NCBI RefSeq assembly: GCF_000015145.1
Contig: NC_008818.1
Location: 1,140,001 to 1,172,000 of the forward strand
Length of the DNA stretch: 32,000 nt
Direction of reading: 5' to 3'
Source of the DNA: Hyperthermus butylicus DSM 5456
Lineage (GTDB): Archaea > Thermoproteota > Thermoprotei_A > Sulfolobales > Pyrodictiaceae
This document shows positions 19,201 through 28,232 of this stretch, in pieces. The stretch's first letter is position 1. Every line of letters begins with the position of its first letter. Position numbers and translations under genes: made by a program. Under the pieces are notes generated by a model. It made no database searches. It was given only the letters and a program-made list of their open reading frames with translations, and was not told the origin of the DNA.

Positions 19201-20013
19201 ATGACTGTTACGGCTAAGGTACGCGATATAATGCTAACCGACTATCCGGCAGTCGAGAAGAATGAGACTCTTGTACAAGCCGTAAGGATTATGGAGCGCT
19301 ATGACAGCGACCGTGTCGTAGTGTTTAGCGAGGGCCGCCTAGCAGGTATCATGACAAAGAAGGATATCATGGTTAAGCTAGCTACACTTAGAACACGCAG
19401 TGTTACGCCGGGTAGGCTACATGTCTCAAGCTTTATGACGCCAGACCCTAAGACTATAGGGCCCGACGCATCTGCTGTTGAAGCCGCCCAGGTAATGGTC
19501 GGGGACAACATTGGTAGCCTGCCAGTTGTAGAGGATGACGAGACTGTAGGCCTTGTAACGCGATGGGAGATAGCTAAGATTGTAGCCTCGCTGCCCGACG
19601 TCAAGGTTGTAGATGTAATGATAACTGTGCCTGAGGTGTTGAGGATAACAAACAAGGTTCTACATGCTAGGCAGGTGCTATTACGCTACAACCTCCTCTT
19701 CGTACCAGTTCTCGATGAGGAGGGCCGGCTAGTAGGCTACGTGACAGTGGACGAGGTCGCTGACGCATTCCTAGCATTCCACGACATTGTACCTGAGAAG
19801 TACCGTAAGGAGCGTATTGAGCACCTCTTAGTAGACGACATTATGAGGCTGCGTCCGCCAGTCGTAAGCCCCGATGCGAGCGTTGTTGAGGCGTTTGAGC
19901 GGATGAGCGAGAAGAGATCCAAGGGTGCAGCGGTAGTACATGAGGGTAGACTTGTAGGCATAGTGACGCTAAACGAGCTGGTTAAGCTAGTAGCTATGAG
20001 AGCTGCCCGCTAG
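19201..20013 (+). CDS. CBS-domain protein (4 CBS motifs)
   Basis: Motif ends AGIMTKKDIM, VGLVTRWEIA, VGYVTVDEVA, VGIVTLNELV. ATG is preceded by GGGGTGAT (strong SD) at a spacing of 6-7 nt. Confidence 0.85.
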   Translation: MTVTAKVRDIMLTDYPAVEKNETLVQAVRIMERYDSDRVVVFSEGRLAGIMTKKDIMVKLATLRTRSVTPGRLHVSSFMTPDPKTIGPDASAVEAAQVMVGDNIGSLPVVEDDETVGLVTRWEIAKIVASLPDVKVVDVMITVPEVLRITNKVLHARQVLLRYNLLFVPVLDEEGRLVGYVTVDEVADAFLAFHDIVPEKYRKERIEHLLVDDIMRLRPPVVSPDASVVEAFERMSEKRSKGAAVVHEGRLVGIVTLNELVKLVAMRAAR

Positions 20014-20062
20014 CAGGTACGCCGCGGAACTACATACGATTGCAGCCACGCATCATGCCTCA

Positions 20063-20067
20063 TTTTT
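20063..20067 (+). terminator. T5 tract about 50 nt after the last CBS gene
   Basis: CCTCATTTTTACC is the first oligo-T run after the stop at 20013. Confidence 0.3.
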
Positions 20068-20154
20068 ACCGCTATCCATTCAACCTGACACATAGCGAGA
20101 TATAGGGCGTGACCGTGTCGCGTCTTCTCCTCTGGGCACCACTCGACTCCGTTC

Positions 20155-20712
20155 GTGGCTAGCGGTGAGGACTTAATGAGGCAGGTAACTAGACTTAAAA
20201 GGCCTAGATTTATAGTAGACTCTATGCTAGGCAGCTTAGCGCGCTGGCTGAGAATGATAGGCTACGATACAGTCTACGCTAAGGGGTGGCATGACTCCCG
20301 CATACTGGAGGAGGCAGCGACAACAGGGAGAATAGTCGTTACCAGGGATAGAGGGCTCTATCGCCGCGCTTTACGCCGAGGTCTTACGGCTGTACTGGTC
20401 AGCGAGGACCTAGCATATTCTCTGGCTCTACTCAGCCTCAAGTTCGGTGTAGAGCTGAGTATTGACCCTAACCAGAGTAGGTGCCCGCTCTGCAACGCCC
20501 CGCTCCGGCCTGCTTCTAAGGAGGAGGTTAGAGGGAGGGTTCCACCAAGAGTTTACGAAGCCTATGACGAGTTCTGGGTATGTACTGGCTGTAGCCAGGT
20601 ATACTGGCGTGGCGGCCACTGGCGAGGAATTAGGGAGACTCTTGAAGAGGCTAGGAAGAAGCTCCAAATCATGATGCGGCGGTCGAGCGATCGAGGGCCT
20701 CAGCACGGCTAA
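20155..20712 (+). CDS. Mut7-C RNase domain protein (PIN-like plus zinc ribbon, DUF82)
   Basis: RFIVDSMLGSLARWLRMIGYDT is the family's N-terminal signature. C-terminal CPLCN...CTGC zinc ribbon. The likely true start is ATG 20176. Confidence 0.75.
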   Translation: MASGEDLMRQVTRLKRPRFIVDSMLGSLARWLRMIGYDTVYAKGWHDSRILEEAATTGRIVVTRDRGLYRRALRRGLTAVLVSEDLAYSLALLSLKFGVELSIDPNQSRCPLCNAPLRPASKEEVRGRVPPRVYEAYDEFWVCTGCSQVYWRGGHWRGIRETLEEARKKLQIMMRRSSDRGPQHG

Positions 20713-20900
20713 TGCTCAGCCGCGTTTGCAGTCTGCATCCCGCCAACCAGTACGTATACGGGTGGGAGCCTCTTACACCTTGCTCCTCAGACAGTTATGC
20801 GCAATACTGCTTAAATGCTGCTGATCATCCAATACAGCATGGCCTTCCAGCTTATGGGTCCTAGGAGTGTCTTGGCCCCGCTGCACGGAGAGGAGGCCAA

Positions 20901-21638
20901 ATGGAGTTTGACGTTAACGCTATCGTTGAAGCACTAACCAAAGGCTACAGCCCTGTAATAGCCTCCTTCATTATCTCGTTCGTATTTAACGCCATACCCT
21001 ATATTACCGCTCCATACCTTGTAGTTATTGCTGGCTATGGGGCAATCCTCCCTGACCCCATTAGCAAGCTTGCTGTCGCTATTACAGGCGGTATAGGGGC
21101 AGCCCTCGGCAAGGTTGTAGTGTTCCTGCTTGGAAGAAGCGTACATCGCGTACTGCCGAGCAATATGAGGGAGAACGTAGTGTTCTTTGCTAGAACCTTT
21201 CAGAAGGGCGTATTTGTAGCTGTATTCCTCTTTGCTGCACTCCCACTGCCAGATGACGTGCTATATATACCCGTCGGCATGGCTGGCTATAAGTTGTTGC
21301 CCTTCTTCATAGCTGTCGCGATGGGTAAAACACTGATTACGCTACTAGCAGTGCTTCTAGGCGATGCAGTTAAACAGCTTGTTGGTGGAACAGACCCTAT
21401 AGTCATACTAGCACTTATAATTGCAAGCATAATTGTCTCGATAATCATAGCAAGGATAAACTGGAGGAAGATAATAGCGCTCTACAATGAGCGTGGCATC
21501 ATAAGAGCGTTTGTAGAGCTGATAATCCAGGTGTTCCTTGCGCTCCTACCCAGCAGCATTGCTAGACGTATCGAGGCCCGCGTCGATAGCTTACTAGGAG
21601 GAGTAGAACAGCAAGAGCCAGCAGGACAGCATAGATAG
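20901..21638 (+). CDS. multi-pass membrane protein, DedA/VTT-like
   Basis: Five or six hydrophobic spans. ALPLPDDVLYIPVGMAGYKL resembles the VTT/DedA re-entrant motif. Strong SD (GGAGAGGAGG) before ATG 20901. Confidence 0.45.
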   Translation: MEFDVNAIVEALTKGYSPVIASFIISFVFNAIPYITAPYLVVIAGYGAILPDPISKLAVAITGGIGAALGKVVVFLLGRSVHRVLPSNMRENVVFFARTFQKGVFVAVFLFAALPLPDDVLYIPVGMAGYKLLPFFIAVAMGKTLITLLAVLLGDAVKQLVGGTDPIVILALIIASIIVSIIIARINWRKIIALYNERGIIRAFVELIIQVFLALLPSSIARRIEARVDSLLGGVEQQEPAGQHR

Positions 21639-22224
21639 CATCTCCCAGGCCGAAGCTAGGCCCCCCTCCTCTCCCCTCCGAGTCTGTGCTAGAGCTGTAC
21701 CTCGCTATATTCTCCGGAGTAGCTATGCTGGCACCTTCATGTATCCCCGTGAAGTGTTCTATAAGGCTAATCCACCATTCGTTGCTGGTAGTAGCGCCAG
21801 CCCGGCTGCTAGTGGTTTTGAAGCTGGATTTGTTAAACTGACCCGGCGGCTCACGCGTAACATTCACATCTAGGCTACAGACGCCATTCTTGAGGCTGAC
21901 TACCAGCTGGAGCTTCCCAGTGAGCGGTACTGGAGCACGTGTCGCCAATGTTGCTGTTAAACCACTTATATTGACGGTGATGGGTACCTCGCTCCCCGCA
22001 TAATATGCTTTTATATCAACTATTTCGCTACCACAAGCAACCCTAACAGCTAGGTGCTGCACAATGTAAACACCTGGCATGGATTGGATGGGTTCACTCG
22101 AAACCATGTTGACAGTACAATTGCAGTCTTCTAGCCTTGTTGCCCCTGCTGGGAAGCTAGCTAGTAGCAAGCCTTGGATTAGTGCTAATACTACTAGGCT
22201 CTGAGGCTGCTTCACAACTGTCAC
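21562..22224 (-). CDS. secreted, C-terminally membrane-anchored putative glycoprotein
   Basis: N-terminal signal-like LVVLALIQGLLLASFPAGA. Four N-x-S/T sequons (NCT, NIS, NVT, NKS). Ser/Thr-rich linker. C-terminal GGGPSFGLGDAIYAVLLALAVLLLLVSYRR anchor. GTG start at 22224 or 22215. Confidence 0.6.
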   Translation of the reverse strand: MTVVKQPQSLVVLALIQGLLLASFPAGATRLEDCNCTVNMVSSEPIQSMPGVYIVQHLAVRVACGSEIVDIKAYYAGSEVPITVNISGLTATLATRAPVPLTGKLQLVVSLKNGVCSLDVNVTREPPGQFNKSSFKTTSSRAGATTSNEWWISLIEHFTGIHEGASIATPENIARYSSSTDSEGRGGGPSFGLGDAIYAVLLALAVLLLLVSYRRGPRYV

Positions 22225-24388
22225 CAGCTTCTATACCAGCCCGCTTGGCTAGTAGTAGCGCTAGGCTTCTAAGATGCTTCCGCACCTCACTACTATCGAC
22301 CCTTATGGCTGCTGTTATGTCTGCAAGGGTTTTACCCTGCAGTATCCTCATAACCGCCACCAGTTCCGCTTTAGGGTCTTCAAGGTCCAGCCTACCTCTT
22401 GCCAGTATATCGTTTACGAGTAGTAGCCATAGCACGTCGAGCACAGATTCTGCTTCAAGGCTACCGCATAGGAATAAGCTGAGCCTATACCTTTGCCACT
22501 CATCTATATCCGATAGGGGCTGCTGCGCTGGCACCTGGTGGGAGAATATTTCTACTAATATTTCTGCGGGGAGGCCACGGTAGAGGCTATGCGATGCTAG
22601 AAGCATTCTCTTCCTCGCAGCCGCTGCGACGCCTCCTAGTATCTTTGCGGCCTTGTTAGCTATGGGCTTCACGACTGCTATGTTATGCTCACCCGTAACC
22701 TTGTTGGGCAATGGCGACACGTAGATCGGAGTGTAGTTGTTTGCGAGCCAGAAGCCGAGTACGTCCGGCCTACCAAAAACTGCTCCAACCCAGTCGTATC
22801 CATCGCTAGATGCCACCTCCTCCACATAGCGTAGAAGCTTGCTGCCCAGGCCGCGGCGCTGGAGCCGGCTATGCACAGCGATCCTTACGATCCTCACGCC
22901 GCTGAGCTTGCCTGCTTCGGGTGCGTACTGGGCGAGTATGTCTGGCAGTATCCTAGCCGTTACAGGCAGCTCGGGACCCTCCAAGGCTGCATGGGCTACC
23001 GCGACAGGAGTATTCCCCGCTAGGAGAACGTATACGCGGTGGTGTGGAGCGTCGAGGAGTAGTGCTAGGTCGTCTGGCTCGTTGCGATAATGTGCCGATA
23101 CAAGGATTGAATAGACTGCCCTGAGGAGCTGCTGCTTCTCTACCAGCTCCTTGCGGTCGAGCTTTGCTGGACGCAGTTCTACACCGTCAAGGCTTGGCGG
23201 TTCAGGCTCCGAGACCCGAAGCATGAAGGTGTCGTAGAGCCAGCCCTCTAGGGGATCCCCGGGTGGGTAGCGGACCGGTGTTCGGAGCTCCACTACGAGT
23301 CTTGGCTCAGGGAGTATCTCCTCCGCAATCTTGGCTAGCACGCGGCCGCTACCCTCGTAGCCGTGTATGGTTGTAGCTGCTAGGAGCCTGGGAGCCCGTC
23401 TAGCAATACTCCTAAGCCTTGAGGGGCCTAGTGCAGCCGCCTCATCAACCACGGTGAAGGAGCCCGGATCGGCACGGTCTGGGGTATGGTATCTCACGTG
23501 AAACCATGGCCCGGCAATACCGATTACAATGTTTCCACGCCTTATCTCCCAGTGCCTGGTACCCAGCTTTCCAAGCGCGAGTCTGAGTATGCGGAAGAAG
23601 CTTTGAACATTTGCTGGACTCGGCGCTGTCACGGATACAAAGCCAGCCATGTGGCTTGCAACTATGTAGGCTACCGCCAGGCCTAGGAGGCCAGACTTGC
23701 CCCGTCCCCGGTCGCCCAGTACTAGGATGCTCCTACCCCTCGACCTCACGTGGGCTACTATCTTGTCGAGGGCCTCTGCCTGCTCTATCGTAGCAGCCGC
23801 TTCGAGAAGCTTGCGGTGTACTGGGCTCCTGGCACGGTAGCCCTCGGGGCCTGGTGGCTTTCTGGCCTTGCCGCGAGGGAGCCTCATGGAATAGACCGTG
23901 TCAAGGTCTGCATCTGCCCAGAAGAGGCTCTCCAGCCTGCCGAGACTGCGGAGGAGGTATTCGCGGTAGAGCCCAGTGCTCATTCCACCGCCGGGCTGCC
24001 ACACGTCAAGCCTGGGTACAACGAGGACTACAACGCCACCGCCCCTCACGGTTTCAGCGGCTGCTGCTAGCAGGTTGGGTCTAAGCAGGCCTGGAACAGC
24101 TAGGAGTACAGCATCGTTCTCCGTTCCTAACAGCTCCTCGATAGCACTAGGGCTGAGTACGCGGCTACACCGCTCCTGGAGCTCTCTCCTCAGCTCGGCT
24201 GGCGCAATACAAGCAACCTGGCTATAGACCTCGCTGAGCAGCCCCGCCACAGCGCTAGCACAGACTCCGATAGCTGTTGAGTGAAGTAGTACGAGTCCGC
24301 GGTAGCCGCTCCCTCTCAGCTCTGTAAGCCAGGCTGATAGCTGGCGTAGCACCATGTACAAGTCTAGCCGCCCCAGGACAGCCGCCAC
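22157..24388 (-). CDS. tmcA: tRNA(Met) cytidine acetyltransferase TmcA (NAT10/Kre33 homologue)
   Basis: Helicase-type Walker A LVLGDRGRGKSGLLG, followed by a GNAT acetyl-CoA motif RIAVHSRLQRRGLGSKLL. 743 aa. Confidence 0.85.
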   Translation of the reverse strand: MAAVLGRLDLYMVLRQLSAWLTELRGSGYRGLVLLHSTAIGVCASAVAGLLSEVYSQVACIAPAELRRELQERCSRVLSPSAIEELLGTENDAVLLAVPGLLRPNLLAAAAETVRGGGVVVLVVPRLDVWQPGGGMSTGLYREYLLRSLGRLESLFWADADLDTVYSMRLPRGKARKPPGPEGYRARSPVHRKLLEAAATIEQAEALDKIVAHVRSRGRSILVLGDRGRGKSGLLGLAVAYIVASHMAGFVSVTAPSPANVQSFFRILRLALGKLGTRHWEIRRGNIVIGIAGPWFHVRYHTPDRADPGSFTVVDEAAALGPSRLRSIARRAPRLLAATTIHGYEGSGRVLAKIAEEILPEPRLVVELRTPVRYPPGDPLEGWLYDTFMLRVSEPEPPSLDGVELRPAKLDRKELVEKQQLLRAVYSILVSAHYRNEPDDLALLLDAPHHRVYVLLAGNTPVAVAHAALEGPELPVTARILPDILAQYAPEAGKLSGVRIVRIAVHSRLQRRGLGSKLLRYVEEVASSDGYDWVGAVFGRPDVLGFWLANNYTPIYVSPLPNKVTGEHNIAVVKPIANKAAKILGGVAAAARKRMLLASHSLYRGLPAEILVEIFSHQVPAQQPLSDIDEWQRYRLSLFLCGSLEAESVLDVLWLLLVNDILARGRLDLEDPKAELVAVMRILQGKTLADITAAIRVDSSEVRKHLRSLALLLAKRAGIEAGDSCEAASEPSSISTNPRLATS

Positions 24389-24463
24389 ATAACCCTACCA
24401 GAGATACTATTTTCACGCAGCAACAACAAGCAAAACCACGGCCCACACAGCCCCACCGGAGGG

Positions 24464-25597
24464 GTGTCCGCTTTGACTCTACCTATCAGCGAGGGCGAGC
24501 TGGACGAGTTCTTCAAGCTACTCAAAAAACTCTCAGACGCCTTTGGCGTCTCGGGCTACGAGGACGAAGTTAGAGGGATAATTATAGACGAGGTACGCGA
24601 GGCTGCCGACCATGTGGAAGTTGACCGCTTCGGCAATGTTATCGCCATAAAACGTGGAGGCCGCGGCACCATCAAAATCGTCTGGGACGCTCACATGGAC
24701 GAGATAGGGTTCCTAGTCAAACACATAGATGATAAAGGCTTTATCTATCTCTCACCAGTCGGCGGCTGGACCGACCACGTGCTGCCCGGGCAGAGGGTGC
24801 GAATACTCACAGACAACGGTACTTTAGTACGAGGCGTGATAGGGATAAAGCCACCACACCTCATGAAGCAGGAAGAGCGCAGCCAGGTGATACCCCTCGA
24901 CAAACTCTTCGTAGACATCGGTGCTTCGAGCAGGGAGGAGGTTGAGAAGCTCGGTATAAGGATTGGAAGCCCTGTAGACCTTGACCGAGAGACGATACGG
25001 CTGGTTGGCGACAGGGTAACCGGCAAGGCCTTTGACGACCGTGTCGGCGTAGCTGTGCTCATAAAGGCGTTCAAGGAGTTTAACCCTGCTGAGCAGACCG
25101 TATACCTTGTCATAGCTACGCAGGAGGAGGTAGGCCTTAAGGGCGCACGTGTGGCAGCTCAGAAGATACAGCCAGAGGCAGCAATAGCCGTAGACGTCAC
25201 AACCGCCAATGACGTACCAGGTGTAGAGGCAAAGGACCGCGTGGCAGAGGTAGGTAAGGGGCCCGCATTGACCGTTGCCGATGGGAGGAATGCTAGCGGG
25301 CTCATAGCGCATCCCAAACTGCTAAAGCTGCTTATGGAAACAGCTAAGGCTGAGGGGATACCCTACCAACTCTTCATCCTACCTGGAGGTACCACCGACG
25401 CCACCGCCATAGCGCTAGCAGGGGAGGGTGTACCCTCAGCCGTGGTATCGGTGCCAACACGTTACATCCACAGCCCTGTCGAGCTGCTAAGCCTCCGCGA
25501 CGCAGTATACGCCGCGAAGCTTGTCGCAGCGGCTACCTCGAGGATAACCAGGGAGTGGTACGACCGCGAAATACTGTGGGGCAAGAAGATAAAGTAG
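24464..25597 (+). CDS. M42 family (TET/FrvX-type) aminopeptidase
   Basis: FGVSGYEDEV, DRFGNVIA, DAHMDEIGF, ATQEEVGLKGA, IHSPVE are conserved M42 metal-ligand and catalytic segments. GTG start preceded by GGAGGGG. Confidence 0.85.
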   Translation: MSALTLPISEGELDEFFKLLKKLSDAFGVSGYEDEVRGIIIDEVREAADHVEVDRFGNVIAIKRGGRGTIKIVWDAHMDEIGFLVKHIDDKGFIYLSPVGGWTDHVLPGQRVRILTDNGTLVRGVIGIKPPHLMKQEERSQVIPLDKLFVDIGASSREEVEKLGIRIGSPVDLDRETIRLVGDRVTGKAFDDRVGVAVLIKAFKEFNPAEQTVYLVIATQEEVGLKGARVAAQKIQPEAAIAVDVTTANDVPGVEAKDRVAEVGKGPALTVADGRNASGLIAHPKLLKLLMETAKAEGIPYQLFILPGGTTDATAIALAGEGVPSAVVSVPTRYIHSPVELLSLRDAVYAAKLVAAATSRITREWYDREILWGKKIK

Positions 25598-25684
25598 CTT
25601 GTAACCCCAACTTTTAACCCTGCCACACCACAATCCTTCCGGACAACCTTATTCACGTAGCTCAGCGTCCTTTGGTGGCGTGCT

Positions 25685-27232
25685 GTGAGCCTCGAGGAGA
25701 AGCTTAGAGAGCTGGAGGAGCTTAGGCGTAGATCGCTCGAGGGTGGCGGCCCCGAGAAGATTAAGAGGCAGCGTGAGCGCGGCAAGCTCCTCGCGAGGGA
25801 GAGGCTTGACCTTCTCCTGGATCCTGGCAGCTTCCAGGAGCTAGACTGGCTCGTCACCACCCGCGGTGCACCACTCGGCGAGGTTCCAAGAATCCCTGGC
25901 GACGGCGTGGTAGCGGGGTTCGGCAGGATAAACGGTAGGCCCGTCTTTGTCTTCTCCCAGGACTTCACAGTAGCTGGTGGCAGTATAGGCGAGATGCACG
26001 CCGAGAAGATAGTGCGAACCATAAAGTACGCGTTGAAGAGCGGGGTCCCAGTCATAGGCATCTGGGACTCTGGGGGTGCCAGGATACAGGAGGGTGTCGC
26101 AGCCCTCCACGGTGTTGGAAGAATATTCAACGCGATAATCCAGGCCAGCGGTGTAATCCCACAGATATCCCTCGTCCTGGGCTCCTCGGCTGGTGGTGCA
26201 GCCTACGCCCCAGCTCTCATGGACTTCACGATCGTCGTTGACAAGATAACATACATGTTCGTCACCGGCCCAGACGTCGTAAGAGAGGTCACCGGCGAGG
26301 AGGTGACCTTCGAGCAGCTTGGAGGAGCACGGGTTCACAGCCAGTTAAGCGGCGTAGCCCACTTCCGCGCAGCAAACGAGGAGGAAGCCTTCAGGATTAC
26401 TAGGAGGCTACTCAGCTACCTCCCAGACAATAATGAAGCCCCGCTACCAATCATCGACACGGGAGACCCGGTAGATCGACGCGATCCCGATCTAGACTCT
26501 ATGGTGCCCGATGACCCCCATAAACCCTATGATATGAAGCAAGTGCTTGAGAGGATATTCGACCACGGCAGCCTCCTCGAGGTACAGCCGGAGTGGGGTA
26601 CAAGCATCATAACAGCCTTTGCTAGGCTCGGCGGTATACCCGTCTGCGTGGTTGCCAGCCAGCCACTAGTGCTGAGTGGCGCGATAGACATTAACGCCTC
26701 GTGTAAAGCAGCGCGATTCGTTAGGTTCTGCGACGCGTTCAACCTCCCAGTCATAACCTTCGTAGACGTGCCAGGCTACATGCCCGGCCTAGACCAGGAG
26801 CACGGCGGCATAATCAGGCACGGTGCTAAGATGCTCTACGCTTACGCTGAGGCTACGGTTCCAAAGCTAACAGTCGTGGTTAGGAAGGCCTACGGCGGAG
26901 CATATATCTCGATGGGCAGCAAGTCGCTGGGAGCGGACATAGTCTATGCATGGCCCACGGCAGAGATAGCCGTGCTCGGTGCTGAGGCAGCTGTACGCAT
27001 ACTTTACCGGAAACGCCTCCGCGCGGCGGAGAACCCAGAGGAGGAGAGGAAACGACTCATAGACGAGTATCGCAGGACATTCCTAAACCCGTTCCGAGCC
27101 GCAGAGTTAGGCCTCGTAGACGACGTGGTTAAACCCAGTGAGACCCGCTACAAGCTCTACACAGCACTCGAGGTACTACTAAAGAAGAGGGAACCCAGGC
27201 TACCCAAGAAGCACGGAAACATACCACTCTAA
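25685..27232 (+). CDS. pccB: acyl-CoA carboxylase carboxyltransferase subunit (propionyl/acetyl-CoA carboxylase beta)
   Basis: 515 aa. Typical N-terminus (KLRELEELRRRSLEGGGPEKIKRQRERGKLLARERLDLLLDPGSF), GGSIGEMHAEKI, GGAAYAPAL, RKAYGGAYISM. Confidence 0.9.
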   Translation: MSLEEKLRELEELRRRSLEGGGPEKIKRQRERGKLLARERLDLLLDPGSFQELDWLVTTRGAPLGEVPRIPGDGVVAGFGRINGRPVFVFSQDFTVAGGSIGEMHAEKIVRTIKYALKSGVPVIGIWDSGGARIQEGVAALHGVGRIFNAIIQASGVIPQISLVLGSSAGGAAYAPALMDFTIVVDKITYMFVTGPDVVREVTGEEVTFEQLGGARVHSQLSGVAHFRAANEEEAFRITRRLLSYLPDNNEAPLPIIDTGDPVDRRDPDLDSMVPDDPHKPYDMKQVLERIFDHGSLLEVQPEWGTSIITAFARLGGIPVCVVASQPLVLSGAIDINASCKAARFVRFCDAFNLPVITFVDVPGYMPGLDQEHGGIIRHGAKMLYAYAEATVPKLTVVVRKAYGGAYISMGSKSLGADIVYAWPTAEIAVLGAEAAVRILYRKRLRAAENPEEERKRLIDEYRRTFLNPFRAAELGLVDDVVKPSETRYKLYTALEVLLKKREPRLPKKHGNIPL

Positions 27233-27516
27233 CCCCACGAAACCAAGGCCATGCTCTAGAGCAAGATCGCACTGATGACGATAGAAGCGGCATCCAGACC
27301 TGAATTCCACATCGTAACCCTCCCCTTGCCCACTCGCTATCATTCCTAGCACACCCAGCCCACCTACACACTGACACATACATGGTGTACATGCATGACA
27401 TGCCGTTAACTCTACTCTGGATTGCAAGGAGAGCCTAGCACACGAAAACCGCATAGATGGGGGCGAGCCGCTCTACATCCTTGTACTCCGACTGACGCTT
27501 GTCAACCCTGGCTGCG

Positions 27517-27540
27517 ATAAAGTAGTAGATAAAGTAGTAT
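27517..27540. repeat. tandem 12-bp duplication ATAAAGTAGTAG / ATAAAGTAGTAT
   Basis: Read directly: two adjacent copies differing only at the last base. AT-rich and TATA-like in both orientations. Confidence 0.9.
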
Positions 27541-27755
27541 GTGAAGATACTAGAAGCGCAGACTCCCGGCACGCTGAAGCTGTGTTCCCAGCGATTGTGC
27601 AGGGTCCGCCAGCGCTGTGTACAAGCACCCTCACGGTATCACTCAGCAGTAGACCTCTGCCAAGCCCTGCCCGGACAACACCTGCTAGGTAGAGGGGTCG
27701 AAGATGAGCCACCGTGGGGAAAGCATCGCCACGCATCCAGGCTAGCTGCGCAGTA

Positions 27756-28232
27756 TTAGCTGCTACACTTTATCCTCGCGAGAGGCTGCCCACGCCCGAC
27801 GCCCATCCCACTATCGACAACATACTCCACAACACCGCTGCAGGGGGCGTGCACCTCGTTAACCATCTTCATAGTCTCAACAAGCAACAACAAGTCCCCC
27901 TTGTCCACACGTTCCCCTACCGAGACATGTACATCGACAACCTTCACTGGGAGCTTAGCCCGCAGCTCGCTACTCTCCGGGTCAAACTCTACGAGCCAGG
28001 ACTCGGCAGAGGAAACATCGCCGGCTCGACCACGCTCAGCCTCTTCTTCGGCGAGTACGAGGTCTGAGATGTGGTAGCTGCCGTAGGGGGTCTCCAATAT
28101 GTCCCCTACTAGGCGGGCCTTAACCGAAACCTTGCGCCCGTCCTCTAGCTCGACAACGGCCTCATAGACGCCTATATCTACCTCCCGGAACTCGACGAGC
28201 CTAGGTCCTCCACGGCGGCCATGGCCATCCAT
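27756..28232 (-). CDS. accB: biotin carboxyl carrier protein
   Basis: C-terminal biotinyl domain with the ETMKM biotinylation motif (LLLVETMKMVNEV). Overlaps the accC stop by 32 nt on the same strand. Confidence 0.9.
   Translation of the reverse strand: MDGHGRRGGPRLVEFREVDIGVYEAVVELEDGRKVSVKARLVGDILETPYGSYHISDLVLAEEEAERGRAGDVSSAESWLVEFDPESSELRAKLPVKVVDVHVSVGERVDKGDLLLLVETMKMVNEVHAPCSGVVEYVVDSGMGVGRGQPLARIKCSS

Noticed and set aside
27272-27303. CTGATGA ... CTGA pair in the carboxylase spacer, as a possible C/D sRNA
   Set aside because: Only 21 nt separate the boxes, too short for a two-guide archaeal C/D RNA. There are no C'/D' boxes and no terminal stem.
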